A DNA stretch of 64,000 nt from Scenedesmus sp. PABB004 (lineage: Eukaryota): positions 372,001 through 436,000 of the forward strand of contig JABVCE010000013.1 of assembly GCA_014905635.1 (NCBI GenBank), read 5' to 3'. The position numbers and the translations under genes are program-made. Under the pieces are notes generated by a model that saw nothing but the letters and a program-made list of their open reading frames with translations, was not told the origin of the DNA and did not search any database. Below are positions 59,582 through 64,000 of this stretch, piece after piece (position 1 is the first letter of the stretch; each line of letters begins with the position of its first letter).

Positions 59582-61225
59582 ATGCGGCGGCGGGGCGCGC
59601 CCCCGGCGCGCCCGCCTGACGCCGGCGCCGGCGGGCCCGGCGGCGGCGCGGGGCCGAGCAACGCGCCGCCGCCGGCCTCGGCGGCGGCGCCCGGCGCGCC
59701 GCCGCCGCCGCCGCCGCCGCCGCCCGGCGGGCTGCGCGTCGGCTGCCTGCTCGAGTTTGGCGACGCGCGCGTGGAGGGCGCGTACCAGGCGTACGTCTAC
59801 AAGCTGCAGCAGACGGCGGACGTCTGCCTCGTCGTGGTCAACCTCTTTGCCGTCGCGGTCGCGTTTGTCAAGCAGCACGTGATGCCCGCCGGCGCGGGCC
59901 CCGTCACGACCGCGCTCTGCCTGCTGAGCGGCGGGCAGAGCGCGCTGCTGCTCGCGCTGCTGCTCGCGTGGCCGGGCGCGTACGCGCGGCACCGCGCCGC
60001 GATCGTGTGCGGGACGCGGCTATACCGCCTCGCCGTGTGGCTCGCGTTCCTGCGAGACCCCTACCCGCCGCGCCTCTTCCGGCACAACCTCTCGCTCCGC
60101 CTCTTCCTGCTCTCCCCCGCGGGCGGCAACGTGTGGATGGCCCTGTTCTACCCGCTGCCGCTGCCGCTGCACCTCGCGCTGCTCGCGCTCTCGAGCGCCG
60201 CCGCGACGTGGCGCAGCGCCGCGCTCGCCGCGCGGCTCGCCGCGCTCGAGGTGCCGCCCGAGGCGCTCGCGCACGCGCACCGCCAGCTCAGCCGCTTCTC
60301 CAGGCGCGCGGCCGCGGCGCGGCGGCCTGCGGCGGCGGCCTGCGGCGGCGGCGGCCGCCAGCGGCGGCACGCGCGCGCAGGGCCAGCCGCCCGACCCCCT
60401 CCCTCCCCTCTCACGCCTCGCCCGCCGCCCCCCCCTCCCCCTCTCGCCGCCGCAGGCTGTTTGAGATGCCCAGCGGGCGCCTGCTCGCGCGCTGGCCGCC
60501 GCCGCCGCTCGGCCCCGAGGACCAGCTGTGGTGCATGTACGCGTTTGTCGCCATCGTGTACGGCCTGCTGCTGCCGCTGATGCTGCTGCTCATCAAGGAG
60601 GTGCACTTCAGAGGTGACACACACGCCGCGCAGCGCCCCGGCGCCCCGCCGCGGCCGCGCGGCGGCGGCCCCGGCCGCGACCCTCGGCGGCGCCCGGCGC
60701 GAACGCCGCCCCCGCCGCCCCCGCCGCGCCGCGCCGGCCGCAGTGCGCTTCCTGCAGTGCCTGCGCCCCGTGGTCGCGGGGCGCGCGATGGACGCGCCGC
60801 GGCGCGCGCTGTACAGCGTGACGACGTCGGCCGTGTTCCTGACCGTGACCATGGTCCCGTGCGCGTGGACGCTCGTGCAGCTCGCGGCGCGCTTCCTCGC
60901 GTCGTCGCAGCGCGCGCTGCGCGCCGACGCGCTGCTGCTCATGGCCACCGTGCTGGGGCTGGAGGTCTTCATGCGCTTCTGGCTGCTCGCCGTGCTGCAG
61001 CTGCTGCTGCAGCGCGTCGTGCGCCCGGGCCTGCTGTGGCTGCTGCTCCGCGCGTCGGGGCGGCCGTCGGCGGCGCCCGCGGCGGCGGCGGTGGCGCCGG
61101 CGGCGGCGGCGTCGGCGTCGGGGGGCGCGGCCGCCGCGGGCGGCGGGGCGCTCGCGCGCCCGGGCGGCGCCGGCGGCGCGGCGGGGCGCGTGCCGGCGCG
61201 GCCGGGCGGGCCGGCGCTGCGCTGA
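59582..61225 (+). CDS. Multi-pass membrane protein of unknown function
   Basis: LEFGDARVEGAYQAY followed by hydrophobic helices (VCLVVVNLFAVAVAFV, ALLLALLLAW, MYAFVAIVYGLLLPLMLLLI, VFLTVTMVPCAW, LLLMATVLGLEVF); 2 introns. Confidence 0.6.
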
Positions 61226-61892
61226 GGCGCAGGCGGGCGCGCTGCACATGCCTGTGCATGTGCACAGGGAAACTCGACGACGCACGCACGCATGCAACAA
61301 ACGCCTCCCGAGAACCGCCGCGTGATCATGCATTTGTGCAGGCCGGAAGCAGTGCGGGCGGGGCTGCAGGTGTGCGCGGCGCGTGGCCGCCGGACTCGCT
61401 CGTCTTCTTTCAAGTTAGTGTCCAACTCTATCTCAGCACGCCGCGCGCAGCGGCCTCTCGGCCCCGCGTGCGCGCTTGGATCGCTGCTCTGGCACAAGCA
61501 CACCTTCGGCTGACGCACTGCTCTGCTCTGCTGCGGCGTTGAGGGGCGCGCGCTGCCTCGTGCGGGGCGGCGCGAGCGGGCGGGCGACGCTGGAGCCGTG
61601 GATGACTGCGTCTACGTCTGTCGGAGGGGCGGCGGGGGCTTGCTCAGCAACGCCGACTCCGCGCCGCGGTCGGGTCGGGACGTCGCAGAAGCGCGGCCGC
61701 CGCTGCGCCGCCACGGTTCCTGCCGGCGCTCGCCGCTGAGCCGCATAGCGCGCCCACACCCCGCGCGCGTCACGACGCGCCCGACGCGCCGCACGCCAGG
61801 CCCTCGCCCGCCCTCGCGCGCCCGGCCGCCGGCGCCGGCAGCCCGCGCGCGCCAGGCCGCCCCGGCCTCGGCGCGCCCGGCCTCTGGGCGCC

Positions 61893-64000
61893 ATGGCCAA
61901 GGGTAAGACGTCCGCGGGGGGCGGCGGCGGCGCCAAGCCCAAGCACTCGATGGACGCGTCGCGGCCGAACGGCGCCAAGGCCAAGGCGGGCCAGCGCGAC
62001 GCCGCCACGGTGCGGCGCCTGGCCATGTACAAGAAGCGCGCCGTGCGCAACAAGAAGGGCAAGATCCTGCACGAGGTGCGCCCGGGACGGGCCCGGGAGA
62101 CGGCGCCGCGCATGCCGGCGGCTGCGCCCGCTGCCCGGCGCGCATGCGCGGCGCGCGGCGCCCCGGCGCGCCGGTCAGAGCTCGGCCGGGGTCCGTACCG
62201 TCGCACGCGGCTGGCCGCGCGCTGCGCCGCGCCGCCGGAGCCGCGCGCCGGCCGCAGCCGCCGCGCTCGCCGCTGCTCACCCGCGCCGCGCCGCGCCGCG
62301 CCGCGCCGCGCCGCGCCGCGCCGCAGGACCTGCAATCCAAGGACCTCCCCACCACGCGCATCCAGCCCGACCGGCGCTGGTTTGGCAACACGCGCGTGAT
62401 CGGGCAGAAGCAGCTGCAGGAGTTTCGCGACGAGATGAGCAGCAAGATCAACGACGCCTACACCGTGCTGCTGCGCGAGAAGAAGCTGCCGCTGCAGCTG
62501 CTGGAGGACCCGGAGCGCAAGGTGCGCGGCGGCCGGCGCGCGGCGGCGCACGCGCTGCGCGCGCGCGCGGCGGCGCGGCGCGCCCGCCGCGCCGGCGCGC
62601 CCGCCGCGCCGGCGCGCCCACGCGGCCGCGCCCGCGCCCGCGCCGCCGCCGCGCAGGTGGGCGGCAAGGCGGCGCGCGTCGACCTGCTCACGACGCAGCC
62701 GTTCGCGGAGACGTTTGGCCCGGGGCGCAAGCGCAAGCGCCCGAAGCTCGCCGCCGAGGGCTACGAGGCGCTCGTCGCGTCGGCGGCGGACAAGGAGGAG
62801 CGGTTTGAGACCGCGGCCAACGCCGTCGTGCCGGGCGAGTTTGGGGAGTTCAAGGACGCGGTGAGCGCCGCCCTCCCGGAGCCTTCGGCCGCCCGCGCTG
62901 CCGCTGCGCCGCTGCGCTGGAGCGCGCGCACCGGCCGCCGCGCCGCGCTCACGCCCCTCGCGCCGGCATGCGTCCCCAGGCCAAGGACGCGATCTTTGAC
63001 AAGGGCCAGTCCAAGCGCATCTGGGGCGAGCTGTACAAGGTGCTGGACTCGTCCGACGTCGTCATCCAGGTGCGGCACTCGCACAGCAGCGCGGCGGCGG
63101 CGGCGGCGGCGGCGCGGCGCCGCGCCGCGCCGCGCCGCGCCGCGCCGCGCCGCGCCGCGCCGCGCCGCGCGGTGGCCGACGCGCCGCGCGCCGCCTGGCG
63201 TCACAGGTGCTGGACGCGCGCGACCCCGAGGGCACGCGCTGCCGCTTCCTGGAGACGCACATCCGCAAGAACGCGCGGCACAAGCACCTGCTGCTCCTGC
63301 TGAACAAGTGTGACCTGGTGAGCGAGCGAGCGCGCCGGCCGAGAGCTCTCCGCGCGCGCCTGCGCCCGCGTGTGTGCGCGTGTGCCGCCTTGCGCTGTGG
63401 CGGCGCGCGCTGCGGCCAGCCAGCCTCGCCAGCGGGGGGAGGTGGAGAGAGGCGGGGATGAATGACACATTGTCCGTACCATCAGAGCGCCCTCGGGCTG
63501 CTGATGAACAAACGTGGAATCTCGTTAGCCTGAGCCTCTCTCTCTCCCCCCATGCTCGTGCGCCTGGCTGCCTGCCTGCGTGTCTGCGACTGCGTGCGCG
63601 CGCGCGCGCGCGCGGCTGAGGTGATGGCAACACACAACTTAAATATACACCGAGCTCTGCACTGAGCGACACACCAACCCTGATCAGCCGCACGCGGCTG
63701 TGCTGTGTGTGCTGCGCGTGTGCTGTGGGCGTGTGTGCTGCTGTGGGCGCGCGCCTCGCGCGCACCCGCCCGCCGCGCGCGCTCACGCGCCGGCCCGCGT
63801 CCGCGCCCGCGCCCGCAGGTGCCCGCGTGGGTGACCAAGCGCTGGCTGCACACGCTCAGCCGCGAGTACCCCACGCTCGCGTTCCACGCGAGCCTCACCA
63901 ACCCCTTTGGCAAGGGCGCGCTGCTCGGCCTGCTGCGCCAGCTCGCGCGCCTGCGCAGCGACAAGCAGGCCATCAGCGTCGGCTTCATCGGCTACCCCAA
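61893..64000 (+). CDS. NOG2: Nucleolar GTPase Nog2/GNL2 (NUG2), 5' part, truncated by window end
   Basis: [88 protein letters not shown]. Confidence 0.96.
63445..63542 (+). ncRNA. Intronic box C/D snoRNA, double guide for 25S rRNA
   Basis: Terminal stem gagagaggc/gcctctctc; C GGGATGA 63455, D' CAGA 63483, C' CTGATGA 63501, D CTGA 63530; guides ttgtccgtacca and ggaatctcgtta are antisense to conserved LSU rRNA UGGUACGGACAA and UAACGAGAUUCC (recalled sequence). Confidence 0.85.
63612..63691 (+). ncRNA. Intronic box C/D snoRNA guiding 18S rRNA
   Basis: Terminal stem gcggctga/tcagccgc; C GTGATGG 63621, D' CCGA 63650, D CTGA 63680; guide acaacttaaatatac (63634-63648) is antisense to plant/algal SSU rRNA GUAUAUUUAAGUUGU (recalled sequence). 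Confidence 0.85.

Noticed and set aside
1..64000. Hundreds of long Arg/Ala/Pro/Gly-rich ORFs, many overlapping or antisense
   Set aside because: Expected from stop-codon scarcity at very high GC. Real proteins emerge only after splicing.
1..64000. CRISPR array, transposon, tRNA or rRNA genes
   Set aside because: No repeat-spacer array, no transposase or RT motifs, and no cloverleaf seen. The rRNA-matching sequences are only short antisense guides.

Overview
Eukaryotic nuclear DNA, extremely GC-rich, gene-dense and intron-rich (short GC-rich introns, GTGCG/GTGAG donors, CTGAC/CTCAC branch sites, YAG acceptors). Gene content (calredoxin, nuclear-encoded plastid CysA, plastid ACP) points to a chlorophyte green alga, plausibly Sphaeropleales (inference). 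Most long six-frame ORFs are GC artefacts, so I rebuilt genes by hand-splicing. About 23 protein genes: ALG11 (3' part), a secreted Ala-rich repeat protein, a CCCH protein, a GST, a small membrane protein, MRT4, FAM98-like, a head-to-head pair of DUF3598/BFA1-like paralogues, CysA, NVL/Rix7, a CBP60-like protein, a tandem-CCCH protein, a leishmanolysin-like protease, two paralogous secreted Cys-rich proteins, ACP, calredoxin, a TAF1C-like protein, a PLP class V lyase, an MFP1-like coiled-coil protein, a membrane protein and NOG2 (5' part). Highlights: two box C/D snoRNAs in one NOG2 intron, at least 11 GC-AG introns, a CBP60-like protein with a Cys-rich insert, and two unannotated paralogue pairs that share intron positions. 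CDS coordinates span start to stop including introns. Family calls come from remembered motifs, not database searches.
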